From: an uncultured archaeon
GTDB lineage: Archaea; Asgardarchaeota; Lokiarchaeia; Sigyniarchaeales; SOKP01
Assembly (NCBI GenBank): GCA_964508365.1
Contig: CAZDTP010000084.1
Coordinates: 1 to 13,180, forward strand
Reading direction: 5' to 3'
DNA: 13,180 nucleotides
The notes beneath the pieces are model-generated. The model saw only the letters and a list, made by a program, of their open reading frames with translations, did no database searches and was not told where the DNA came from. Positions 1 through 7,940 of this stretch are shown here, in pieces (within the stretch, counting starts at the first letter, position 1; every line of letters starts with the position of its first letter). Position numbers and translations under genes: made by a program.

Positions 1-2
1 AG

Positions 3-440
3 AATGGGAATTCACATTCCACAAGTATTTTATATGCTGTATCCCCACCCGAATCCAAATTCGCCCTTTATATATTGACTGAAAAGCATTATAAAAAAGT
101 AAAAAATGTTGAAAATAATAACTCTATTTCTTTTGTAATTCCTTTCCCTCATCATTTTCTACGTTTTGTTCCGGCTAATTGCGTTCAGTTTCAAGGAAAT
201 GGCGAAATCGTGCCATATAATAATTCTGAAGCACATCAAGCATTTGAAAATGGTCCAAAAATCCTTAAAATGAATATTAAACAAGTGAGTAAAATGAATT
301 CTGAAAATGAAGATCCTGTTTTCATCAAAATCCTACCCAAAAAAACCCTTTATTGCTACGGAGTCGGTTTAAGCCTAATGGAACTCCGAAAAAATATCGA
401 AAGTGGGAATTATTCTGTATTAATCCCTCCAGATGTATAG
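3..440 (+). CDS. Pyridoxamine 5'-phosphate oxidase-like (split-barrel flavin-binding) family protein, 5'-truncated by the window edge
   Basis: The frame of ORF 75..440 is open back to position 3 (NGNSHSTSILYAVSPPESKFALYIL-TEKHYKKVKNVENNNSISFVIP...VQFQGNGEI). The pattern G-x-x-HST-x-ILY ... T-x4-KK-x-KN-x3-N-x2-(I/V)SF ... QFQG-x-(A/G)EI is typical of PNPOx-like proteins. The TTG at 75 is probably internal. Confidence 0.7.
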   Translation, partial: NGNSHSTSILYAVSPPESKFALYILTEKHYKKVKNVENNNSISFVIPFPHHFLRFVPANCVQFQGNGEIVPYNNSEAHQAFENGPKILKMNIKQVSKMNSENEDPVFIKILPKKTLYCYGVGLSLMELRKNIESGNYSVLIPPDV

Positions 441-476
441 TTATAAATCAAAAAGCTAAGAAAGCTATTAGTAAAG

Positions 477-485
477 AAAAAAAAA
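477..485 (-). terminator. Oligo-T (T9 on minus strand) archaeal-type terminator candidate for the ABC operon
   Basis: A9 run at 477-485 on +, lying 14 nt past the TAA of 500..1735(-), in the 59-bp gap between convergent genes. Confidence 0.45.
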
Positions 486-499
486 GTTTAGTAGAATTA

Positions 500-1735
500 T
501 TATTTTGATGATATCACAAATTTATGATACAAGTATAATCCTGCGAGCGTAAATATCACAATATAAAGAATTATGCCAACAACATATGTTGGAGGCGCAA
601 AATCTCCAGTTAATATTGTATTTTTGAAAATGGCGTATAAATAAGTGAATGGAACCCATTCTATAATTGATTGGATGACTGGATTAAATAATTGAATATC
701 CACAAAACCACCGCATAAGAATAATGTTGTTAAAGCAATAAAAGCTGCAGTAGGAACCGTAAATACTTGTTCTGGGATTAGTGCTCCTATCATTGAACCA
801 AATAAAGCGCCTATTATTACTGTTACAAATGTAATCATTATAAAACCCAATATGTCAACTGGTATTGGAAGACCAATCCATAAAAAGACAACTATAGCGC
901 CAATTACAAAGTTTAAACCAAGAGTTAAAATTGACGTAGCACTTATCTTTCCAAAAAAAGTTATAATCTGATTTTCTGAAGAAGCTAATGCCAATTCTTG
1001 TTTCATCTGATCAGTTTTCTCATTAAAAATGAAAGATGCGGCAATAATCATTGAAGAAGTTAGGCATAGATATACCAAAGCGCCTGAACCTATTGTCCAC
1101 ATTCGTGGAAAGGTAATCCGATTTGGATCGGCGTCTAAATATTCATATCTTATTTCTGTTTCATTAGATAGAACCTCATCGTAATAAGCTTTCAATTTTC
1201 TTTGAAATCCAAAATAAATATTTTTCAGATAATCCTCATGCATGTTTAGTAAATGTAGTTTAATCGTGATACTTCCATTAGTCCAACTCCCATTTTTCAC
1301 TTGATTGATAATATTATTAAAATTCAAGGGCAACGTCACGATTAAAGAGAGTTCCTGCAATTTCAATTCTTCTTCAAATTCATCCACCGATATACCTAAT
1401 GCACTGATATGACTTTTTACAATTGTTTGCCCAACAATACTATTATTGTCTAAATAATCCAAAAACTGGGCAGTATTAGGAATATCATTAGATTCAAGCG
1501 CATTATGTAATTCCTCATTTGAGTTATAATCTGGTATTACTACTGCCATTGGATAATTGAAGTCCATTACTCCAAAGATCATGTTCATAAAAGTTAGATA
1601 AAGTAACGGAAAAATTATACATATAATCAAAATTGTGCGTGTAGGACCCCGAATTATAACTCGGATATTTTTCATAATTTCACTCAAGAAAAGTCGTATA
1701 GCTTTTCTATTTTTATTCATTCTCTGTGAATTCAT
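500..1735 (-). CDS. ABC-2 type exporter permease (N-terminal TM, large extracytoplasmic domain, C-terminal TM bundle)
   Basis: 411 aa. One N-terminal hydrophobic helix, ~150-aa soluble loop, then about 5 TM helices with ABC-2 features (IFNEKTDQMKQEL; LFLCGGFVDI; WVPFTYLY). ATGA start/stop overlap with the upstream permease at 1732-1735. Confidence 0.9.
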   Translation of the reverse strand: MNSQRMNKNRKAIRLFLSEIMKNIRVIIRGPTRTILIICIIFPLLYLTFMNMIFGVMDFNYPMAVVIPDYNSNEELHNALESNDIPNTAQFLDYLDNNSIVGQTIVKSHISALGISVDEFEEELKLQELSLIVTLPLNFNNIINQVKNGSWTNGSITIKLHLLNMHEDYLKNIYFGFQRKLKAYYDEVLSNETEIRYEYLDADPNRITFPRMWTIGSGALVYLCLTSSMIIAASFIFNEKTDQMKQELALASSENQIITFFGKISATSILTLGLNFVIGAIVVFLWIGLPIPVDILGFIMITFVTVIIGALFGSMIGALIPEQVFTVPTAAFIALTTLFLCGGFVDIQLFNPVIQSIIEWVPFTYLYAIFKNTILTGDFAPPTYVVGIILYIVIFTLAGLYLYHKFVISSK

Positions 1736-2931
1736 GATCTAAATCCCTCCTTAGAAATTAAATACCATGAAAACAACGTGATTACTATACTCAATATTAC
1801 TAAAATTGCTAAGCGGGGTATAACATAAGAGAATGATGGATAAAGTGTTTCTGCTACTAAAATTTCTGTCCAATAAGTAGCAGGGATGAATCGTGAGAAT
1901 AATTCAACATTTTCGCCTAGAATATTCAAAGGTGCAAAACCACCAGTAAAAAACCAAAGTAACATCGAGACAATGATACAGACTAAGATTACCGGCATAG
2001 TACGCTTAAATTTTAAACCAATTAAGCAACCTATCCCTGAATGAATCCAAGTAATAAGCACGAATGAGATGATAACAATTGATAAATCTCCCCGAAATTC
2101 GATGTGAAAAAGTAGGAATAGAAGAATGGAGAGTATTAAAATTACTAATCCTCCCAGAACTACCGCAATTAATTGTTTTGAAGCCATATATGCGGTGCGA
2201 CGAACTGGGCTATTAGCTATCTCAAGAATAGTGTTATCTTCGTACTCTTTTGCGATATTTAAAGCTCCAAACACCAATCCACAAATAATTCCATACATGG
2301 CAATTATGCCCAATGTAATACTTTTAGCATTAGTTACCGATTGATCGATAACGTATGTCTTTTCCAGGCTTACAGCAAACAGATCTACCGAACCTGCTGA
2401 TACATGCACTTCTTCATTAAAAGTAAGGACCGCTTCATCTAATCGCTGCATATAATTTTTTACATAGTCATTATTGATATTTTGTACTATTAGGTAAACC
2501 ATCCCTTTTTGATCTGGGATGCCAGATGTTATATTTGCTTCGAAGCCAGACGGTATGTAAATTAACCCTAAATATGTAAAATCTTGTAATAGAGCTACTG
2601 CTTCATCAAATGTATCAATTTCTATTGTTGTAAACCAAGGTGCAAAATCACTACTAATATTTGCCACATAATCAACCATAATTTCAGAAAATTGCGATTT
2701 GTCATCATCAACCACGATAACAGTATATGTTTCTGGATTGCTTATCTGTAAAAATAAAGTAAACACGAATAGCATTACAAGAGGAGGAATTACCCCAGAA
2801 AAGAAATATTTTTTTACCCTTTTAGTAGAAATCAAATCCTTTTTAAGTATTGTGCGTAAATCTCGAAACCATTTTTTAATTTTATAGACTGCTTTTTTAC
2901 GTTCATCTACAATACTATTCACTATTTTCAC
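1732..2931 (-). CDS. ABC-2 type exporter permease (paralog of the downstream permease)
   Basis: 399 aa, GTG start overlapping the ATPase stop (GTGA at 2928-2931). Motifs TVIVVDDDKS (extracytoplasmic domain start), IAKEYEDNTILEIANSPV (EAA-like), FFTGGFAPL and RFIPATYW. Confidence 0.9.
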   Translation of the reverse strand: MKIVNSIVDERKKAVYKIKKWFRDLRTILKKDLISTKRVKKYFFSGVIPPLVMLFVFTLFLQISNPETYTVIVVDDDKSQFSEIMVDYVANISSDFAPWFTTIEIDTFDEAVALLQDFTYLGLIYIPSGFEANITSGIPDQKGMVYLIVQNINNDYVKNYMQRLDEAVLTFNEEVHVSAGSVDLFAVSLEKTYVIDQSVTNAKSITLGIIAMYGIICGLVFGALNIAKEYEDNTILEIANSPVRRTAYMASKQLIAVVLGGLVILILSILLFLLFHIEFRGDLSIVIISFVLITWIHSGIGCLIGLKFKRTMPVILVCIIVSMLLWFFTGGFAPLNILGENVELFSRFIPATYWTEILVAETLYPSFSYVIPRLAILVILSIVITLFSWYLISKEGFRS

Positions 2932-3929
2932 TCTCTAAATTCTTTTCCAGTCAATTTTATGAATACATCTTCTAAATTAGGTCTTTTTAATGTGAACTCC
3001 TCAATTGGAATATCGTTAGCTTTAGTATATGCTATAAATTTCTCAAATATTTCCTCTATATGGATGGTATCAAAAATAATTTGAAGAAGAACATGTTTTT
3101 CACTCATATCTTTCTCTGAAATGATTTTCCCTTTCAATTCTTTTTGGAGAAATATAGTAAGGAAATCCGATTTTAACATAGCGCGCTCAGTTTTAAACTC
3201 TATAATCAAATTAGGAAATACTCTCTCTTGAATTTCTAATAATCTTCCTGGACCATCTATAATTTTAGTATCTAAAATTATTAAGCGATCAGCTAACCGT
3301 TCTGCTTCTTCCATATAATTCGTGGTTAATAACACGGTTTTCCCTTTGGAAGGTAAATCTCGGATATATCTATGTATTGCATTTCGAGACTGAACATCAA
3401 CCCCTAAAGTTGGTTCGTCCAAAATCACAATTTCTGGTTCATGCAATAATGCGCGGATTAACTGTAATCGTCTCTTCATACCACCAGAATATGTTTTCAC
3501 TAAATCATGCTGGCGATCAATAAGCCCAGCCATAGTTAGAAGTTCCTCTATTTTTTGAGTCATAAATTGTTTAGAAAGATCAAAGAGACGACCATGAAAT
3601 TCCAAGTTTTCTCTGCCAGTTAATTCGTTATATAATGCAATTTCTTGAGGTACTAACCCGAACATCCCTAGAATCTTTTTCCTATCCTTTATGGTATGGA
3701 ACTCATGCACCCTTATTTCCCCCTTAGACGCTTTAATCTGACCCGTTAGTAATTTAACGATGGTCGACTTACCGGCACCGTTTGGACCGATTATGCAGAA
3801 AATCTCTCCTCTCCGAATGTTAAATGATATATCCTTTAATGCGACTGTATTTGGATACTCCTTTGTTATATTTTTTATGGTAATTAGTTCTTGTTGTTTA
3901 TTTTGATTATTTAAGACTGATTCTGACAT
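2928..3929 (-). CDS. ABC transporter ATP-binding protein (DrrA/NodI-like exporter ATPase)
   Basis: Walker A GPNGAGKS, Q-loop GLVPQE, signature YSGGMKRRL, Walker B ILDEPT, C-terminal RPNLEDVFIKLTG. The H-switch reads TTNYMEEA instead of the usual TTHYMEEA. Confidence 0.95.
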   Translation of the reverse strand: MSESVLNNQNKQQELITIKNITKEYPNTVALKDISFNIRRGEIFCIIGPNGAGKSTIVKLLTGQIKASKGEIRVHEFHTIKDRKKILGMFGLVPQEIALYNELTGRENLEFHGRLFDLSKQFMTQKIEELLTMAGLIDRQHDLVKTYSGGMKRRLQLIRALLHEPEIVILDEPTLGVDVQSRNAIHRYIRDLPSKGKTVLLTTNYMEEAERLADRLIILDTKIIDGPGRLLEIQERVFPNLIIEFKTERAMLKSDFLTIFLQKELKGKIISEKDMSEKHVLLQIIFDTIHIEEIFEKFIAYTKANDIPIEEFTLKRPNLEDVFIKLTGKEFRE

Positions 3930-3959
3930 TTTTTTTCAAAACCAAAAATTAAAATATTA

Positions 3960-3975
3960 TACTACTTAAGTAGTA
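3960..3975. promoter_or_regulatory. Perfect 16-bp palindrome TACTACTTAAGTAGTA, putative operator of the divergent ABC/TrmB promoters
   Basis: Exact self-complementary 16-mer centred in the 75-bp divergent gap. It is flanked by ATATTAT (3954-3960) and ATAATAT (3977-3983), AT-rich TATA-like elements about 25-30 nt from each ATG. Confidence 0.7.
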
Positions 3976-4004
3976 AATAATATAAAAATATTTTTAATAT
4001 AAAT

Positions 4005-4847
4005 ATGGATCGTTTAGAACCTCTATTAAAGGAATTTGATTTTACAAAATATGAGGCTCAAATTCTAGATACTCTAATTAGATACATCGTGTTAAGCGCA
4101 AGAGAGATTCATAAATACAGTGGAGTTCCTCAACCAAAAATTTATGAAAATCTTGTATTGCTCCAAAAAAAAGGATTAGTAAACATAATTCATAGGAAGA
4201 AGAAGAAATTGTTTATGATTAAGCCAAAAGAAAAAATTCAAGAGCATCTTCTTAATTACTCTAGGCATATACAAGCAATTGGAAACAAAAGTCTAGAGAT
4301 TATTGATCAAATTTACAGCACAGAAGAAGCAGAGGAAATTCCTTTTATGGGCGTAGCTGGGCTAGAAGCAATCCAAGATTTTATCTATATGCTTATAGAT
4401 ACAGCAAAAAAATCCTTTGTATCCTTTTTTCCCCTCAATTTCTTTGATACGAAGATTTTCACATTATTAATTCAAAAAGCTGAAGAACTTAATATTAGAA
4501 TTATCTTATTGGATGATGCCTCTGAAGTTTATATCGACCAATATAAGCAGTTAACTTTTTATCGTCTTAATTCCCCCGCATTTGAGGTAATTAAAGAAAT
4601 TATCTCCAAAATCGAACGTTTTCTTCCTCCTGAACATGGTAATGCTTATTCTTTTCAAATAATCAAAGATTTAGCATTAAACATAAAAGAAATATTTGGA
4701 ATAATCCTTGTTGATGATAGGAAAAGCTTTTTCAAAATCCCCCTACCTGTGAAACTTCCGATGGCCATCTTATCATCATTACCAGAGCTAGTCGAATTTC
4801 ATACAAGCGGAATGAATGCTATATTAGCAAGCTCAACCAAAATATGA
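4005..4847 (+). CDS. TrmB-family transcriptional regulator
   Basis: N-terminal wHTH with TrmB pattern FDFTKYEAQILDTL...SAREIHKYSGVPQPKIYENLVLLQKKGLV, followed by a C-terminal effector-type domain (IQDFIYMLIDTAKKSFV...IRIILL...IILVDDRKSF). Confidence 0.9.
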   Translation: MDRLEPLLKEFDFTKYEAQILDTLIRYIVLSAREIHKYSGVPQPKIYENLVLLQKKGLVNIIHRKKKKLFMIKPKEKIQEHLLNYSRHIQAIGNKSLEIIDQIYSTEEAEEIPFMGVAGLEAIQDFIYMLIDTAKKSFVSFFPLNFFDTKIFTLLIQKAEELNIRIILLDDASEVYIDQYKQLTFYRLNSPAFEVIKEIISKIERFLPPEHGNAYSFQIIKDLALNIKEIFGIILVDDRKSFFKIPLPVKLPMAILSSLPELVEFHTSGMNAILASSTKI

Positions 4848-4853
4848 TTTTTT
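4848..4853 (+). terminator. T6 tract immediately after the TrmB stop, terminator candidate
   Basis: TGA-TTTTTT at 4845-4853. Confidence 0.35.
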
Positions 4854-4969
4854 CAAATAGGAAAAAAAATATAAATTTAAATTAGAGAATCATCACTTTA
4901 AATCAATTAAGTTGTTCTACAGCAGAGCAACCTAATCCTACTACAATTCGATTTATTTTTGGAGGGATT

Positions 4970-4989
4970 ATTTAATGATATCATTAAAT
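4970..4989. repeat. Perfect 20-bp palindrome ATTTAATGATATCATTAAAT
   Basis: Exact reverse-complement symmetry read directly from the sequence, in the spacer between convergent genes. Confidence 0.85.
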
Positions 4990-5094
4990 TTGTATTAACA
5001 ACTCAACCGTTTTCTCTAAAATCATAATTAAAAATGATTCAATCAGATTGACATTAATTATAAAATATAAATATAAGAACGGTCTAAAGATAAA

Positions 5095-6243
5095 TTAGAT
5101 TTCTTCTTTTTTTCCTTTCCTTGGTTTGAGAATCTTGAAATAAATCAGGCTTGAAATTACTAATACTACTGCAGCAGATACAGCCAATATTATTATTAAA
5201 TAAAAGAAGAACTCAGAATCGTCACTTTCAGGCGTTGTACTTACTTCAAGAATTAGTATTCCGCCCCCCAACGCAACATAGATATATTCCTCATCAACAT
5301 CAATATCGTGGGCAGCGCTCACATCACTCGTCCTTTCAGCTATTTCAACAATTAAAGTAGGATCACTAACATTGAATAATTCAACTCCACAATTATCAGC
5401 GACGTAAAGCAAATTGTCTTTTTCTATTACTCCTAATTCCTCTCCTCCATCGTTATCAACATAAGAATCAAGTATTTGTGGTGTTGTCGGATCAGAAATA
5501 TCAATTACTCTTATACCCGCCCCCCAACATGCAAGAAATAATGTATCATTGGTAATATGGATATCATTAGCTCCTCCCGTTTGGGAAACTGTTGCTACAA
5601 GTTGTGGTGAACTAGGATTAGAAACATTTACCACTTTTAATCCTATTTCCGCGTTTGCGAAATAGGCAAAATTTTCTTTAATTTCTATAGCGTCACTTCT
5701 TGTATCACTATATTCTCCTAAAAAAGTGGGGTTTGTAAGATCGCTGATGTTAAAGATCTTAAATCCCCCTCCGATATAAGTTACATAAGCACGCGAACCT
5801 GAAAATGCAATTCTAATCGCCCCTCCAGCGCTGTTCTGTCCTAATAATTGTGGATTAGTCGGATTAGATATGTTTGAGATAATAAAACCACTAGTGACTG
5901 ATGCAATATATGCGATATTATTATCAACTTCAAATCCTAATGACCCTCCACATAGTATTTCTCCTGCCTTTTGAGGGTTGTGAGGATTTTGAATATCAAT
6001 TATCATCAAGCCATCATTATTTGTTACATACGCGTAATCATCAACTATGTGAACATCGTATCCAACCTCTATATTAAGGAAACCAACCCTATTCAAATAT
6101 AAACTTTGAGGTGTCAGGGCTAGAGAATTAGAGGAAAATATAAGAAACAAAAACATAAAAAGAATGAGATTAATAGAAACAGTTTTTCGAATATTTCTGT
6201 AAGAAAGTTTACACAAATTCCTTGAGATCAGCATCAAATTCAC
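5095..6243 (-). CDS. LVIVD-repeat (beta-propeller-like) surface protein with N-terminal signal/TM segment and C-terminal membrane anchor
   Basis: Repeated units: GLMIIDIQNPHNPQKAG, GFIISNISNPTNPQLLG, GFKIFNISDLTNPTFLG, GLKVVNVSNPSSPQLVA, GIRVIDISDPTTPQILD, GVELFNVSDPTLIVEIA. Hydrophobic N-terminal stretch (INLILFMFLFLIFSSNSLA), C-terminal TM (FFFYLIIILAVSAAVVLVISSLIYF) and basic tail. Start is GTG 6243 or ATG 6234. Confidence 0.85.
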   Translation of the reverse strand: MNLMLISRNLCKLSYRNIRKTVSINLILFMFLFLIFSSNSLALTPQSLYLNRVGFLNIEVGYDVHIVDDYAYVTNNDGLMIIDIQNPHNPQKAGEILCGGSLGFEVDNNIAYIASVTSGFIISNISNPTNPQLLGQNSAGGAIRIAFSGSRAYVTYIGGGFKIFNISDLTNPTFLGEYSDTRSDAIEIKENFAYFANAEIGLKVVNVSNPSSPQLVATVSQTGGANDIHITNDTLFLACWGAGIRVIDISDPTTPQILDSYVDNDGGEELGVIEKDNLLYVADNCGVELFNVSDPTLIVEIAERTSDVSAAHDIDVDEEYIYVALGGGILILEVSTTPESDDSEFFFYLIIILAVSAAVVLVISSLIYFKILKPRKGKKEEI

Positions 6244-6270
6244 ATAACTAATTTTATAGTTGTAAATTTA

Positions 6271-6294
6271 TGTCAATTTATAAATCTATTGACA
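6271..6294. promoter_or_regulatory. Inverted repeat TGTCAAT-N10-ATTGACA enclosing a TATA box (TTTATAAA)
   Basis: 7-bp perfect arms at 6271-6277 and 6288-6294 with ATTTATAAAT at 6276-6285, about 35-40 nt upstream of the LVIVD gene start. Confidence 0.5.
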
Positions 6295-6395
6295 GAATTC
6301 CTACTTGAAATGATTTTTAAAATTAAATTATAAAATTAAATTTTTTTTTCTATTTCAAATTATATTTAATAATTCCTAACTTTACACTAATTATA

Positions 6396-7571
6396 ATGGA
6401 TGCTAAAGAAAGAATCTTAAAAAGCATGAATCATGAGGAGCCAGACAGAGTACCTTCTTTTGAAATTGCGATAGATAATTTGAAGGTATATGAACACTTT
6501 GGTCTTAAATACGGCTACCAAGGAAGTGGAGATCTTTTAGCTAAAACGTTTGATTTGTTAAAGGGAGATACTGCTCTGCTTAAGAAGTTTGTTGATAAAT
6601 CTAGTAAAGTAGCAGATACCCTTACCCCGGGAATTGAACTCTACCTAAAAGCAGGTATAGATTTATTTTCCCTTTACCTTTCTAATTATCCTGTAGAATA
6701 TACAAGAGAGGGAATAATTGATGATGTAGGTAGAGTTATGCATTTTAAGAAAAATCCTGCTGATAATATGGATATCCTTTATTACATGAGAGGTCATTTT
6801 AAGAATTTTGAAGATTATGAATCTTTTCCTAAACCTGATCCTGACGATCCTATTAGAGAATCTGTATATAAAGCTGGTAAATCTATTGAAGAAAAATTTA
6901 AAGGAAAAATATATACTGTGCCTTCATTTTGTGGATTAGTAGAATCGTCTTGGCAATGTTTCGGGCTACAACAATTTAGTAGGATGTTAGCTCGACCCAA
7001 AATCATTAAAAAAATTTTTGATGAAAGAGGAAAATTTCAAGTTGAATTGATCAAACGATTAATTGATTGGGGGGAGGATGGCTTAGTTTTAATGGGAGAT
7101 GATTATGGATTTAAAAAGGGATTATTAATGGCTCCATCTAATTATCATAAATATGTGTTTCCATGGTTAAAAAGAATGTGTGAGACCGCGCATAAAGGAG
7201 GCTTAAAATTCTTTTTACATAGTTGTGGAGATGTAGAAACCATTTTTGAAGATATCATTAATTGTGGGGTAGATGCTATCCATCCAATCGAGCCTACAAC
7301 TGCCAATCCTGAATTTAATATCTTTAAATTGTATGAGAAATATGGGGACCAAATTGCTTTTGTTGGGAACGTTTCTCCCCAAGATTTAGCAGACCAACCT
7401 CCAGAAGTTATTAAAAATTATGTAAAGGAATTAATAGATAAATTAGCTCCAGGGGGTGGATTTATCCTCAGTTCAGGCCACAGTATAAATCCCGCAGTAA
7501 AATTAGAAAACTTTCTTGTTATGCACGAGACATTAAAAAAATATGGCAGATACCCTATACAAGTTAATTAA
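6396..7571 (+). CDS. Uroporphyrinogen decarboxylase-family protein (MtaA/CmuA-like methyltransferase subgroup rather than true HemE)
   Basis: N-terminus MDAKERILKSMNHEEPDRVP; GDDYGFKKGLLMAP; FFLHSCG (HxC); GVDAIHPIEP; AFVGNV; PGGGFILSSGHSI. The HemE WxMRQAGR motif is absent. Confidence 0.85.
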   Translation: MDAKERILKSMNHEEPDRVPSFEIAIDNLKVYEHFGLKYGYQGSGDLLAKTFDLLKGDTALLKKFVDKSSKVADTLTPGIELYLKAGIDLFSLYLSNYPVEYTREGIIDDVGRVMHFKKNPADNMDILYYMRGHFKNFEDYESFPKPDPDDPIRESVYKAGKSIEEKFKGKIYTVPSFCGLVESSWQCFGLQQFSRMLARPKIIKKIFDERGKFQVELIKRLIDWGEDGLVLMGDDYGFKKGLLMAPSNYHKYVFPWLKRMCETAHKGGLKFFLHSCGDVETIFEDIINCGVDAIHPIEPTTANPEFNIFKLYEKYGDQIAFVGNVSPQDLADQPPEVIKNYVKELIDKLAPGGGFILSSGHSINPAVKLENFLVMHETLKKYGRYPIQVN

Positions 7572-7598
7572 CATTATTTAAAGATTAATGCGATTAAA

Positions 7599-7940
7599 AT
7601 GCAATACATTATAATTGAAAATGAAAAAATTGGTCAAATTCAAGCTAAATTATTAGTTGATAAAAACCCAGAGACTTGCAAAGCGATATGGGATAAATTA
7701 CCCTTCGATCTAAACCTTGCAAGATGGGGTGAGGAGCTCTATGGAGAAATACCAGTTGCTATAGGTAGAGAAAATGCTCAAGTAGATTGTGAGGTCGGAG
7801 ATGTTGGATATTGGCCTGATGGAAATGGATTCTGCATTTTTTTTGGTCCTACTCCTGCAAGTAAAGATGAAAAACCAAGAGCGGCATCACCAGTGAATAT
7901 CTTTGCCAAAATTGAAGGAGATGCCAATATATTTAACTAA
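7599..7940 (+). CDS. Cyclophilin-like fold protein (DUF369/TM1367-like), possibly C-terminally truncated
   Basis: PETCKAIWDKLPF...RWGEELYG...EVGDVGYWPDGNGFCIFFGPTPAS...ASPVNIFAKIEGD is the characteristic motif set. It lies 27 bp downstream of the URO-D-like gene, probably in the same operon. Confidence 0.85.
   Translation: MQYIIIENEKIGQIQAKLLVDKNPETCKAIWDKLPFDLNLARWGEELYGEIPVAIGRENAQVDCEVGDVGYWPDGNGFCIFFGPTPASKDEKPRAASPVNIFAKIEGDANIFN

Noticed and set aside
421-431. TAATCCCTCCA matching the reverse complement of 4960-4970
   Set aside because: An isolated 11-bp match is expected by chance in 13 kb, and one copy is in coding sequence.
2126-2344. 72-aa plus-strand ORF
   Set aside because: Antisense shadow inside the ABC permease, with no recognisable motifs.
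2699-2887. 62-aa plus-strand ORF
   Set aside because: Antisense shadow inside the ABC permease.
4890-4896. GTGATGA on the minus strand (C-box consensus of C/D sRNAs)
   Set aside because: No CTGA D-box downstream on that strand at a plausible distance.
5095-5115. C-terminal KKEEI as a possible dilysine (KKxx) ER-retrieval-like signal
   Set aside because: The lysines are at -4/-5, not the -3/-4 or -3/-5 required; more simply a positive-inside anchor tail.
5151-5360. 69-aa plus-strand Gln/His-rich ORF
   Set aside because: Antisense to the LVIVD gene; its composition is a by-product of the real frame.
6815-7006. 63-aa minus-strand ORF
   Set aside because: Antisense shadow of the URO-D-like gene.
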